Part shown: one piece after another, positions 27,891 to 37,507 of the stretch
Numbering within the stretch: position 1 is the first letter of the stretch
How the letters are laid out: every line of letters starts with the position of its first letter
Source of the DNA: Candidatus Pacearchaeota archaeon
GTDB lineage: Archaea; Nanobdellota; Nanobdellia; Pacearchaeales; GW2011-AR1
NCBI GenBank assembly: GCA_050124795.1
Contig: JASFEO010000010.1
Span: 1-43,321 of the forward strand
DNA: 43,321 nucleotides
Direction of reading: 5' to 3'
Notes under the pieces: generated by a model
What the model saw: the letters and a program-made list of their open reading frames with translations, nothing else
What the model was told of the DNA's origin: nothing
Databases searched by the model: none
Made by a program: the position numbers and the translations under genes

Positions 27891-30800
27891 AGATAAAACA
27901 AATATCTTTGATTATGTTTGCTATTGTGATTTTATTTTTGGGGTTCGCACTGGCTTCACCCCCAGTTTGGGTTGGCTCAGGAATAAATTATTATATTGAT
28001 GAAGATGTTTCTTATTACCATAATCTAAGCGCAAACATAACCGGATTTGCAAATGACGTCACTTTTGCGATAGATACTGAATCAAACATAAACTGGACAA
28101 ATGCAAGCGGAACAAATTCTGTTGCCTCCAGTGTTGTCTCGTCATGGATAAAAATTTTGAACTCCTCAAATGGTAATCTGTCTATTAATGCGACCCATGA
28201 CAACCAAACAGGATTTTTTGTAATCCCAATACAGGCGACAAACACAACTGATGAAGAAGGTTCAATTACAAATTTTGAATTTGTAGTTAATGCAACAAAT
28301 GATGCTCCAAATTTTATAAACATAGAATCTGAATATAATCTAACTCAGGGGGCAAATTTTCTTAATTATACAAATGCAAGCGATGAAGAAGAACAATATC
28401 CTCTGCATTTTAATATAAGTTTTTTTAACAATTGTACTCATGCAGGATGGAGTTCAAGAACAAACTGTTCTTTGTTTGATTTAATAGATGTTACAAACAC
28501 TTCTGCAATAATGAATTTTACTCCTACAACAAACGATGTTGGAACATACTGGGCGAATATAACTGTAAATGACTATGGTGAAAATTATTCCTGCCCCCAT
28601 GCTTACTGCGACAACTCAACTTATATGCAAAATAAATCAACATCTCAGATTGTTCAGTTTAATGTTTTATCCTCGCTAACAATAAATGTGACCAACTGCA
28701 CAGGAATGATTTTTCAGGAAAATGAATCCAGCGTCTGCACAATTAGCATAAGAACAAAAGGAGAAACTGATTCAATTAATTCATCAAGTGTTGCTGATTT
28801 AAGAAATTACGCCGGAAGTATATCAAATACATCATGGTTTTACGCAGAAAATAATTCTGTCTCAACTAATTTTACAAAAACATTTTATGTAAATGTAACC
28901 CCTGAGAAAACTGAGATTGGAAATTGGACAATTAATTTTACAGTTATTGATTCAACAGAAGGGGAAGTTTCTTCAGAATTAATTTATGTTTATGTTAATA
29001 GGACAAGTAATGATATCCCTGATTTAACTGATATTGATAACACAAATACTTCAATTGATTTAGAGACAACAATTTCTTTAACTGTTTACGACGATGATTT
29101 ATTAATTCCTGATAAAGATGATTTCAATGAAACAACAAGTTTTGATGTTACAATTTTGAACCAATCAAATTTATCTCAGGAATTATCTTTAACTGGTTTT
29201 GATGTTGATATTTTGAGCATGCCTGTAACTGGCACAAACAGAACAAGCGCAAGAATACAGTTTACTCCGAATTCAAGTGAGATTGGAAACTATACTATTA
29301 ATATAACAGTAAATGATGTTGATAATACCCTTGATTCAGATTTATTTAATTTATCAATTTTTGATAATAATTTCCCTGTTTGGAATCAGACAGAATATTC
29401 ATTTGATTTAATTGTTAACTCAAGTCTTGCAACAACTGCTGCGTTTGGTCCGGTTAATTTAACCGGCGATGGTTATGTAACAGATACAGGAGATACTTTA
29501 ACTTTTGCAAATGATTCAAATGCTCACCCGGGTTTTAGCATGACTTCAGCGGGTTATATTTCATTTACTCCTTACAAGCAGGATGTTGGCTCATGGAATT
29601 TTATAGTAACAGCGACGGATTCATTGGGATTGCAAAACCAGACAACCTTTAGATTTAATATAACTAATGTAAATTCAGAACCAGTAATTTTAAGTCCGAT
29701 AACACCAATAAATGCAACAGTAGATGTTAATTCAAATATTAATGCAACTGAAGACAATTATACAACTTTGACATTATATTTGCAGGACGAGGATTTCAGG
29801 ATTGCATCAAGTAAAAAAGATTATTATAATGAAAGCATTAGTTTTAATTTGACAATAGAAGGAAATAATCCTAATTTATTTAGTTTTACAAAAAATTCAG
29901 GGTTTCCGCTTCCGGGAAATAACCAAAGCCTTTATACTGCAACATTCACGCCAAACGCAAGCGACGTTGGAGGTTATAATATCACAATAAATGTAACTGA
30001 TGAGAGTAATGCCGGTGATGTGCTGCAATTTAATCTGACAATTTTTTCTGCATCAGACGCGCCGATACTAACACCGCTTTCAAATTATACAACCGCAGTA
30101 AACAGAAATTTTTATCTTGATATGAATGCAACTGATGAGGAGGACGGAAATGATTCAACTGGAAATTTAACTTATGCTTATGCATTTAATAATGGAACAG
30201 ATTTCTTTAACTCAACTAATTTTAATTCAACAACCGGTGTGATAAATATAACTTTTAATTCAACACAGGCAGGAAGTTTTTCAATAAACATAACTGTTAA
30301 TGATACAACAAATGAAATTGACACAGATTCGTTTTGGATTTATGTTTATGATGCCCCCAATGTTACTTACCCTGCGACAGGAAATAATTTTGCATTGCAG
30401 GAAAACTCAACAACTAATTTAACATTCACAGCAAACAATTCTGTCGGGACAAATTTAACTTATGAATTTTATATAAATAATTCATTAAAATATAATTTAA
30501 GTTATCATGGAAATGCAACTAATCTGACCTGGTCATTTACCCCTAATTTTTCTGATGAGACTTACGGAAATAATTACAATCTTACTTTGGTTTCTTATCC
30601 AACAGATTCAAATCTTGAAAACAGAACAGAGGTAAATACAACAACAAACTGGGATGTGAATATTTCGCATGCAAATGCGCCGGTTGTTTTCTCAGGATAT
30701 ATAGGAGACAAACAGGCGGCATACACAAGCACAATTGAAATAGATTTGTCATCTTATTTTTCAGATGTTGATTATAATGATGCAGCCTACAATCAGTCAA

Positions 30801-31963
30801 TTAATTTTAGTGTTGCAAGCAATTCTTCATCAAGTTATATTTCTTCAAGTGTTTCATCTGACTGGACCTTGACATTATCTTCATTAATACCAATTTCAGA
30901 AGTTCTCAATGTAACCGGCAATGATTCTTCAACAAATGCAACGAGCAATTATTTTAATGTTGAGTTCACTACTCCATCGACAGTGACAGTTACAACTCCT
31001 ACAAGCGGGGGGGGAGGAACAACAACTATTCCTGTTTCATTAAAAATAATAATGCCCAACCCGGTTTCAGCTTATCAACAGGACAGAATTGTTTTACCAT
31101 TGACACTTTATAACAACGGGCAGAGAACCCTTTCAGGAATTTCTTTATCAAGCCTGATTGCCAAGGATAATGTCCTAAGAGATGACTTAGTGATATCTTT
31201 TGATGAAGATTATTTTACAAGTCTTGCAGTTGGCGAGAAGAAAAATATCACCATGACTGTTGATATTGACACAACTGAAGTCGGAACTTTTGAATTAACT
31301 GTGAATGCGGATGTGGATAACCCAGATTATAGTGACTGGGGGAAACTTTACTTAACAATAAAAGAGAGCAATTCCAGTCTTCTTGAGAAATTAATTTTTA
31401 CTCAGGAGTTTTTGCAGGAGAACCCGGAATGCATCGAATTGGAAGAACTTCTTGATGAAGCAAGAATGTTTTTTGCCAAAGGAGATTTTTTAAGTACTAT
31501 TGTGAAAATTCAGGAGGCAATTAATGGATGCAAAAATGCAATCTCGCAGGAGGCAAGGGCGAAAAGAAGAGAACCAACAGAAAATAAATTATACAGATAT
31601 TTATTAATTGTAAGTATTATTGTTTTCTTTTTGGGATTGGGGTATTATTCTTATAAAAGAATGAAACTCCGTCGCGGAAGCGGGGAATATTTTGTAAAAA
31701 CAAATGACAATAAAAATATTTTTAGAGAAACATCTGCGTTGGTCTCCGCGGGGGCAGGCTTGTCTATGTTGCTCCTCGCAAATAAAAGTATTGTTGGATT
31801 TACAATAAATAATGCAATTACTGAAAATAAAGCGGGGGGGATATGGATTTTAATTGTCTTTTTAATTTTAATCGGAGCGTTTATGGTTTTGTCAAAAAGA
31901 AAAAAAGAGTTAAAAAAAATTCAAAAAATAAAATATTTGAGGAACAGGAATGGAAAATTTTAA
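27887..31963 (+). CDS. Large surface glycoprotein/adhesin with tandem cadherin/Ig-like repeats and C-terminal TM helices
   Basis: Signal peptide; repeated NDAP / FTPNxSxxGxYxINITVND motifs; dense N-x-S/T; TPTSGGGG hinge; SD GGAGGGTG. Confidence 0.85.
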   Translation: MKIKQISLIMFAIVILFLGFALASPPVWVGSGINYYIDEDVSYYHNLSANITGFANDVTFAIDTESNINWTNASGTNSVASSVVSSWIKILNSSNGNLSINATHDNQTGFFVIPIQATNTTDEEGSITNFEFVVNATNDAPNFINIESEYNLTQGANFLNYTNASDEEEQYPLHFNISFFNNCTHAGWSSRTNCSLFDLIDVTNTSAIMNFTPTTNDVGTYWANITVNDYGENYSCPHAYCDNSTYMQNKSTSQIVQFNVLSSLTINVTNCTGMIFQENESSVCTISIRTKGETDSINSSSVADLRNYAGSISNTSWFYAENNSVSTNFTKTFYVNVTPEKTEIGNWTINFTVIDSTEGEVSSELIYVYVNRTSNDIPDLTDIDNTNTSIDLETTISLTVYDDDLLIPDKDDFNETTSFDVTILNQSNLSQELSLTGFDVDILSMPVTGTNRTSARIQFTPNSSEIGNYTINITVNDVDNTLDSDLFNLSIFDNNFPVWNQTEYSFDLIVNSSLATTAAFGPVNLTGDGYVTDTGDTLTFANDSNAHPGFSMTSAGYISFTPYKQDVGSWNFIVTATDSLGLQNQTTFRFNITNVNSEPVILSPITPINATVDVNSNINATEDNYTTLTLYLQDEDFRIASSKKDYYNESISFNLTIEGNNPNLFSFTKNSGFPLPGNNQSLYTATFTPNASDVGGYNITINVTDESNAGDVLQFNLTIFSASDAPILTPLSNYTTAVNRNFYLDMNATDEEDGNDSTGNLTYAYAFNNGTDFFNSTNFNSTTGVINITFNSTQAGSFSINITVNDTTNEIDTDSFWIYVYDAPNVTYPATGNNFALQENSTTNLTFTANNSVGTNLTYEFYINNSLKYNLSYHGNATNLTWSFTPNFSDETYGNNYNLTLVSYPTDSNLENRTEVNTTTNWDVNISHANAPVVFSGYIGDKQAAYTSTIEIDLSSYFSDVDYNDAAYNQSINFSVASNSSSSYISSSVSSDWTLTLSSLIPISEVLNVTGNDSSTNATSNYFNVEFTTPSTVTVTTPTSGGGGTTTIPVSLKIIMPNPVSAYQQDRIVLPLTLYNNGQRTLSGISLSSLIAKDNVLRDDLVISFDEDYFTSLAVGEKKNITMTVDIDTTEVGTFELTVNADVDNPDYSDWGKLYLTIKESNSSLLEKLIFTQEFLQENPECIELEELLDEARMFFAKGDFLSTIVKIQEAINGCKNAISQEARAKRREPTENKLYRYLLIVSIIVFFLGLGYYSYKRMKLRRGSGEYFVKTNDNKNIFRETSALVSAGAGLSMLLLANKSIVGFTINNAITENKAGGIWILIVFLILIGAFMVLSKRKKELKKIQKIKYLRNRNGKF

Positions 31964-32028
31964 AATAATCATAACAAAAAAGATATTTAAAGAGTCAAAT
32001 ATTTACTATTATAAGGAGGGAAAAAGAG

Positions 32029-33621
32029 ATGACTACAGAAAATTTTGAAAAACTCATTTCGAAAAGGGATGGTTTATTAAAGAGAAATCTCAACAAGGAA
32101 TTAAAATTAGCACAAATTAATCTAAAAAAAGACATTAAAGAAAATGAGACTCCAAAAAATAATTTCACTATTAGCAATAATAAACCGGAAAATCCTTTTG
32201 CAAACCAGAAAAAAGTTTTAGCGCCGATGATTGTTAGAGAAGAAAAGGCCGGGGAGATGAAAAATCCCGGAGATGAAAAACCTATTTTAAAAAATGAGAA
32301 TTCAGGGAATAAAAAAGGGATATTTAGTTTTTTGAAAAAAGAGCGGGAAACAATTAAAGGGAATATTTCTAAAGAAACCCCCCCGGAAAAAATCATTAAA
32401 AAGAAAATAGATAATAAAAAGATAAAAGAAGAAAAACTAAAAGTCAGGGTGAGAGATATGAAAAAACCTTGTGGGGTGAAACCAACAAAAGGAATTTTGG
32501 AAAAGGAAATGGAGATTGACAGAAGAATTTCGCGAGAGGTTGAGCCAAGGTTGGAAAAGGAATTTTCTAAGAAGAAAAAACAACGTAGAAAATTGAAGAT
32601 AAGTTCTGAGGAAGAAGTTAAAAAAGAGATTGTAAAAAATTCTGCAAAGCATGTGTCAAGACTCTCAGGGGAAGTTAATGAAATCGCAAGAGATATATCC
32701 CAATTAAAAGGAGAAGTAAGAAAATCTGTTGTGGGGCAGGAGGGAGTAATTGACGCATTTATCTGCGCGATACTTTGCGACGGGCATGTGCTATTGGAAG
32801 GTGTCCCAGGAGTTGCAAAAACATTGATTGTAAAAACACTGGCAGAAGCTTCGGGATGCAGTTCAAACAGGATTCAATTTACAGTTGACTTATTGCCAAG
32901 TGATATTTTAGGTATAACAACTTACACCCCGCAAAAAGGTTTTGAAACAATCAGGGGGCCGATTTTTTCTAATTTTATTGTTGCTGATGAAATAAACAGA
33001 AGTCCTCCGAAGACTCAGTCGGCGATGATTGAAGCAATGCAGGAAAAACAGGTTACAATTGGGAAGCAAACTTTCAAACTTCCTTTGCCGTTTTTTGTAA
33101 TGGCAAATAATAATCCCTTGGAACAGAGCGGAGTGTATGATCTTCCTGAAGCGCAGATTGATAGATTCCTTTTCAAGCTTTTAATTGGCTATCCGGAAAA
33201 CAAAGAAGAAGTAAAAATTATGGAAGAGAATATGACAATAAAAAAGTTTGAGAGTTTTGGTGTAAAGCCTGTTCTTTCCCCTCAGAAAATCACGCGCATG
33301 CAGCAGATAACAAAAGAAATTTATGTTGATGAAAGGATAAAGGAATATATTGTAAGGATAATTGACAAGACAAGAAAAAGAGATTTCGAAAACGGGCAAT
33401 TTATTGAATGGGGGGGTTCACCAAGGGCGAGCATTGGTCTTTTTATTGCATCAAAGGCGTGGGCGCTAATGAATGGAAGAGCGTATGTAATCCCAAAAGA
33501 TGTAAAAGATATTGCGCATTATGTTCTAAGGCACAGGGTGATTTTGAATTATCGGGCGAAGGCAGAAAAGCTTACGTCTGACAGAATTATTGACGAGATT
33601 CTTGATATGATTGAAGTTTAA
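32029..33621 (+). CDS. moxR: MoxR-family AAA+ ATPase with long charged N-terminal extension
   Basis: HVLLEGVPGVAKT, RIQFTVDLLPSDI, ADEINRSPPKTQSA, LPEAQIDRF, SPRAS. Confidence 0.93.
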   Translation: MTTENFEKLISKRDGLLKRNLNKELKLAQINLKKDIKENETPKNNFTISNNKPENPFANQKKVLAPMIVREEKAGEMKNPGDEKPILKNENSGNKKGIFSFLKKERETIKGNISKETPPEKIIKKKIDNKKIKEEKLKVRVRDMKKPCGVKPTKGILEKEMEIDRRISREVEPRLEKEFSKKKKQRRKLKISSEEEVKKEIVKNSAKHVSRLSGEVNEIARDISQLKGEVRKSVVGQEGVIDAFICAILCDGHVLLEGVPGVAKTLIVKTLAEASGCSSNRIQFTVDLLPSDILGITTYTPQKGFETIRGPIFSNFIVADEINRSPPKTQSAMIEAMQEKQVTIGKQTFKLPLPFFVMANNNPLEQSGVYDLPEAQIDRFLFKLLIGYPENKEEVKIMEENMTIKKFESFGVKPVLSPQKITRMQQITKEIYVDERIKEYIVRIIDKTRKRDFENGQFIEWGGSPRASIGLFIASKAWALMNGRAYVIPKDVKDIAHYVLRHRVILNYRAKAEKLTSDRIIDEILDMIEV

Positions 33622-33640
33622 AATTTGCCTTTGGCAAATT
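33622..33640. terminator. Perfect 8-bp hairpin between convergent moxR and serS
   Basis: AATTTGCC-TTT-GGCAAATT fills the gap between the two stop codons. Confidence 0.55.
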
Positions 33641-34895
33641 AGTTTAATTTTAATATCTTAATTCCGTTCATATAGGGAACTAAAACTTTCGGCAATCTAA
33701 CACTCCCATCCTTTTGCTGAAAGTTGTTTAAAATAGCAATTAAAATTCTGTTTGCGACACCGCCAGTTGCATAAATTGTATGCGCAAATTCCTCCTTTCC
33801 CTTTCCGGAAAATTTTATATTTCCCCGTCTTGCCTGAAAACTTGCGGTCATTCCAATACTACCGACTTCCCCCCATCTTTCTTCTCCGGCCATATAAACT
33901 TCCAGGTCTTTTTCTATTGTTGCTTTGTTTGGCATATCATTTGCTCGATGAGTGATAACCCTATGGGGGAGTTCTAAAGTTTTGTAAAGTTCTTTTAAGT
34001 CTTCGAAAATTTGGTTATATTCTTTTTCCTCATTTTCGGGAGTTGTGATATGGGTTAATTCCACTTTATCAAACTGGTGTGTTCTGTAAAGACCTTTGTC
34101 ATCAGCGTGGTTTCCTGCTTCCCGACGGTAACAGGGAGTGTAACACATAAATTTTTTCGGCAATTCCTTTTTATTAAATAGATCATTTTTGAAAACTGCC
34201 AAAACTGAAATTTCCCCTGTTCCAACAAAAACTTTTCCATCTTCAGTTTTATAGACTTCGTCTTCCCCGCCGGGATAATGTCCTGTTATGTAAAGATTTT
34301 CTTCATTCACATAATATGGAGGAATTAATTCAAAGTAACCCTTCTTTCTCCAAAAATCAAGAATGAAATTTGTAATCGCCCTGTTAAGTCTGGCAGCATC
34401 TCCTTTCAACATCCAGCCTCTGTCTCCTGCTGCCTTAATTGCCTTCTTAAAATCTGCTAAATTTAAATCCAACAAAATTTCCCAATTTCTTTTTGGCTTA
34501 AAATCAAATTTAGATTTTTTTATTTCACTTTCCCAATCAACTCTGTCAACATCACTTACCGGAACATCTTTATGCAATACATTTGGAATTTTGTAAACTA
34601 AAGCATTATATTCTTTATCTAACTTCTTAAACTTTAATCCTGTTTCTTTAAGTTTTGCATTATTCTCTCTGCTTTCTTCTACAAATTTTTTAAAATCCTT
34701 TTTTTGTTTTTTTGCGCCATTAACCTTTTCATTCAAAAGATTTCTTTTTCTTCTTAATTCATCTAAATTTTTTTTTACTTTTTTCCATTCTTCATATTTT
34801 CCTAAAAGCAAATCTATATCAACATCCAATTCTCTTGCCTTTATTGAATGTTTAACAATTTTCTGATTTTCCTGTATGTATTTTCTGTCTAACAT
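33639..34895 (-). CDS. serS: Serine--tRNA ligase (standard/bacterial type)
   Basis: N-terminal coiled coil, IPNVLHKDVP, YTPCYRREAG, GLYRTHQFDKVE, FQARR, QQKDGSVRLPKVLVPYM. Confidence 0.96.
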   Translation of the reverse strand: MLDRKYIQENQKIVKHSIKARELDVDIDLLLGKYEEWKKVKKNLDELRRKRNLLNEKVNGAKKQKKDFKKFVEESRENNAKLKETGLKFKKLDKEYNALVYKIPNVLHKDVPVSDVDRVDWESEIKKSKFDFKPKRNWEILLDLNLADFKKAIKAAGDRGWMLKGDAARLNRAITNFILDFWRKKGYFELIPPYYVNEENLYITGHYPGGEDEVYKTEDGKVFVGTGEISVLAVFKNDLFNKKELPKKFMCYTPCYRREAGNHADDKGLYRTHQFDKVELTHITTPENEEKEYNQIFEDLKELYKTLELPHRVITHRANDMPNKATIEKDLEVYMAGEERWGEVGSIGMTASFQARRGNIKFSGKGKEEFAHTIYATGGVANRILIAILNNFQQKDGSVRLPKVLVPYMNGIKILKLN

Positions 34896-34917
34896 TTTAT
34901 TTAAATTATAGAATTTT

Positions 34918-34959
34918 AAAGAACAAATGAAAACTTCAAAACCCCATAAAGATTTTGAA
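34918..34959 (-). terminator. Putative attenuator hairpin plus U-rich tract after the serS leader
   Basis: Minus strand: TTCAAAATC-TTTATGG-GGTTTTGAA then GTTTTCATTTGTTCTTT, starting right after the leader stop codon. Confidence 0.55.
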
Positions 34960-35013
34960 TTAGTATGAACTAGAACTGCTTACAGAACCTGAATTCATAC
35001 TTTTGTTTCTCAT
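34960..35013 (-). CDS. Putative serS leader peptide MRNKSMNSGSVSSSSSY
   Basis: 17-codon ORF with 8 Ser codons including 5 consecutive (AGC AGT TCT AGT TCA), ending 64 nt upstream of serS. Confidence 0.82.
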   Translation of the reverse strand: MRNKSMNSGSVSSSSSY

Positions 35014-35034
35014 GAAGTAAAAGAAGATTTAATC

Positions 35035-35042
35035 TTTATAAA
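35035..35042 (-). promoter_or_regulatory. TATA box of the Ser-rich leader ORF
   Basis: TTTATAAA 21 nt before ATG 35013. Confidence 0.7.
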
Positions 35043-35118
35043 TTTATCGCTGAGTTTTTTGTTTTTTATAAAAGCAAGTTTTAAAAATTCTTATTTCTAT
35101 ATCTTTACAGAGGTGAAG

Positions 35119-36006
35119 ATGGAACAAGGAAAACTTAATGTGGATATAGCAAAGGCGATTTCTGAACTTGAGGCAATGCTTAAGGAATTCAGGCTGAAGA
35201 TTCCTCTTTACAAAATGTTTTTCAGGGGGAAAGGTCTGGAATTTGATGGTTACAGAGATTTTTATCCTGATGATGATGCAGAAAGAATTGACTGGAAAGC
35301 GAGTTCGCGGGCGCGGAAACTTCTTGTAAAGCAGTATATTGAGGAAAGAGATATAAGAGTTATGTTTATTATTGACGTCGGAGAAAACATGGTTTTTGGT
35401 TCAACTGAGAGAATTAAATGCGAGTTTGTTACTGAACTTGTTGCTGCGTTTTCAAAAGTCATGCTTAATGTAAATGACAGAATTGGATTTATATTTTTTT
35501 CAGATGCAATAACTCATTTTGTTGACTGCAAATCAGGTGAAAGGCAATTTAATATTTTTATAGAAACTCTTTCAGATGGAAAAAACTACGGGGGCACAAC
35601 AGACCTTGACCTTGCGCTTGACTTTGCAGTAGACTATCTTGATGATTCAATTTCTTCAGTTATCCTTGTCTCAGACTTTCTTAACATAAGTGCGCAGACT
35701 GAAAAAAAATTAGGACTTTTGTCACATAGATTTGAAACAATCGCAATAAGAGTCAGAGACCCTCTTGACATGACTCTCCCGGATATTGAAGGAGAAGTTA
35801 TTTTGGAAGACCCGAAAACACATCATCAGGTAATTATTAATCCAAAGGTTGCAAAAATGAGTTATGAAAAATATGCTTATATGCAAGGAAGGATGGTAAA
35901 GGAAATGTTTGAAAAGAGCGAACTTGACCATGTTGATTTAACCACAGACAAATCTTTTGCAGAACCACTAACACTATTTTTAAAAGAAAGGCTAGAGGGG
36001 TTATAA
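35119..36006 (+). CDS. DUF58 domain protein (MoxR-associated)
   Basis: GKGLEFDGYRDFYPDDDAERIDWKASSR...LLVKQYIEER; SD GAGGTGA before ATG 35119. Confidence 0.92.
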   Translation: MEQGKLNVDIAKAISELEAMLKEFRLKIPLYKMFFRGKGLEFDGYRDFYPDDDAERIDWKASSRARKLLVKQYIEERDIRVMFIIDVGENMVFGSTERIKCEFVTELVAAFSKVMLNVNDRIGFIFFSDAITHFVDCKSGERQFNIFIETLSDGKNYGGTTDLDLALDFAVDYLDDSISSVILVSDFLNISAQTEKKLGLLSHRFETIAIRVRDPLDMTLPDIEGEVILEDPKTHHQVIINPKVAKMSYEKYAYMQGRMVKEMFEKSELDHVDLTTDKSFAEPLTLFLKERLEGL

Positions 36007-36007
36007 A

Positions 36008-36931
36008 ATGGCAGTGTTTACATTCACACATTCGCAATATCTCTTTTTTCTTTTTTTAATTCCACTTCTTTTTTTAATTCATTTTTTTTCATTATCAAAC
36101 AAAAAAAAAGTTGCATTAAGATTTGCAAATTTTGACGCGATTTCCAGAATCAGGGGGATTGATTTTTTTTCTAAAAACATTGTAATCTTATCTTTAAATG
36201 TAGCAATAGTATTTTTTTTAATTCTCGCTCTTTCAGGATTAACTGTTCAGGTAACAAAAGAGTCCAGTTCTTTTTCGTTTGTAATTGCGATTGATTCATC
36301 CGAAAGTATGCTTGCAGATGATTTCTCTCCGAATAGAATAACTGTTGCAAAAGATATTGCAAGAGAATTTGTTGACTCTGTTCCAAGAGGGGTCATGATG
36401 GGGGTGGTTTCTTTTTCAGGGAATGCATATATTGAACAGGATTTAACAAATGATAAAATTGAAATAAAAAATTCAATAAATCAAATAAAAATAAATGGGT
36501 GGGGGGGAACTGATCTTTATGAAGCAGTTATAAATTCTGCAAATATTTTTAATAATGAGGAAAACAAAGCAGTTGTAGTACTAAGTGACGGGCAAATAAA
36601 TGTAGCGAATCTCGATACAATAATCAGTTATGCTCAACAAAAGAGGGTTCTTATTCACACAATTGCTATTGGGACTGAAGAAGGGGGGGAGACTCCTTAC
36701 GCAATTTCAAAACTTGACAAGGATTCATTAAATGCCCTTGCTTACAACACGGGTGGGAAAGCATTTTTAGCTGAGGACAGAAACGCATTAGAAGAATCCC
36801 TTTTAAGCATCCTTGATTTGACTGAAAGAAAAGTCTCAATAGATGCTGGAAATTATTTAATTTTGTTTGCGATAATTTTATTTTCAGTAGAAATCTTTTT
36901 AATAAATACAAGGTACTTAAATATTCTCTGA
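36008..36931 (+). CDS. BatA-like von Willebrand factor A domain membrane protein
   Basis: N-terminal BatA-type TM helices; MIDAS DSSES, GGTD, LSDG; C-terminal TM. Confidence 0.9.
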   Translation: MAVFTFTHSQYLFFLFLIPLLFLIHFFSLSNKKKVALRFANFDAISRIRGIDFFSKNIVILSLNVAIVFFLILALSGLTVQVTKESSSFSFVIAIDSSESMLADDFSPNRITVAKDIAREFVDSVPRGVMMGVVSFSGNAYIEQDLTNDKIEIKNSINQIKINGWGGTDLYEAVINSANIFNNEENKAVVVLSDGQINVANLDTIISYAQQKRVLIHTIAIGTEEGGETPYAISKLDKDSLNALAYNTGGKAFLAEDRNALEESLLSILDLTERKVSIDAGNYLILFAIILFSVEIFLINTRYLNIL

Positions 36932-37453
36932 AGGATTTTCAGATTTTTTTAGATTTTTAATTTTTTGGATTATTGGATTTGGCTCCTTTGAGATTTCTCC
37001 CGCAGAGATTGGATTTTCTTTTATAATGTCTGCGAGTAAGGTAATTAGTTTTTGATTTATGCTGCCGCCAGGTTCTTTTCCCGAGTATAACAAGTCATTC
37101 ATTTCATTACAAAAGTCAGAGGGTTTTTTGTTTTGCTGCTTTGTGAATAAATTTTTCAATTCTGAATATCCAAGAGATTTCTTTATTCCGAATTTTTGTT
37201 TAAAAAATTCCCGCGCAAAAAAATCGATTTTCTTTAATGTTTCCTGCGGGGTTTTCCCTTTTAGGTTTGAGACTTCTGCGAGATATATTGAGTTTTTATC
37301 TTTTCTTGAAATTATTTTTTTTTGCAGTTTTTTTTCAATTACCATCAGGATAATTAATATGATTATTATCAAAACTATTGCAACAATTGAAAAAACCCCA
37401 AGGTTTAGTATTGTTTCTTTCAGGCTGATTAAAAATTCTGATATTTCCCCCAT
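36917..37453 (-). CDS. Hypothetical membrane-anchored protein
   Basis: N-terminal TM followed by a soluble helical region. Confidence 0.7.
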   Translation of the reverse strand: MGEISEFLISLKETILNLGVFSIVAIVLIIIILIILMVIEKKLQKKIISRKDKNSIYLAEVSNLKGKTPQETLKKIDFFAREFFKQKFGIKKSLGYSELKNLFTKQQNKKPSDFCNEMNDLLYSGKEPGGSINQKLITLLADIIKENPISAGEISKEPNPIIQKIKNLKKSENPSENI

Positions 37454-37507
37454 CTTTATTATTTAATAACCAAATAAGTATAAAAACCTTGCTGAATTTA
37501 TTTGTTA

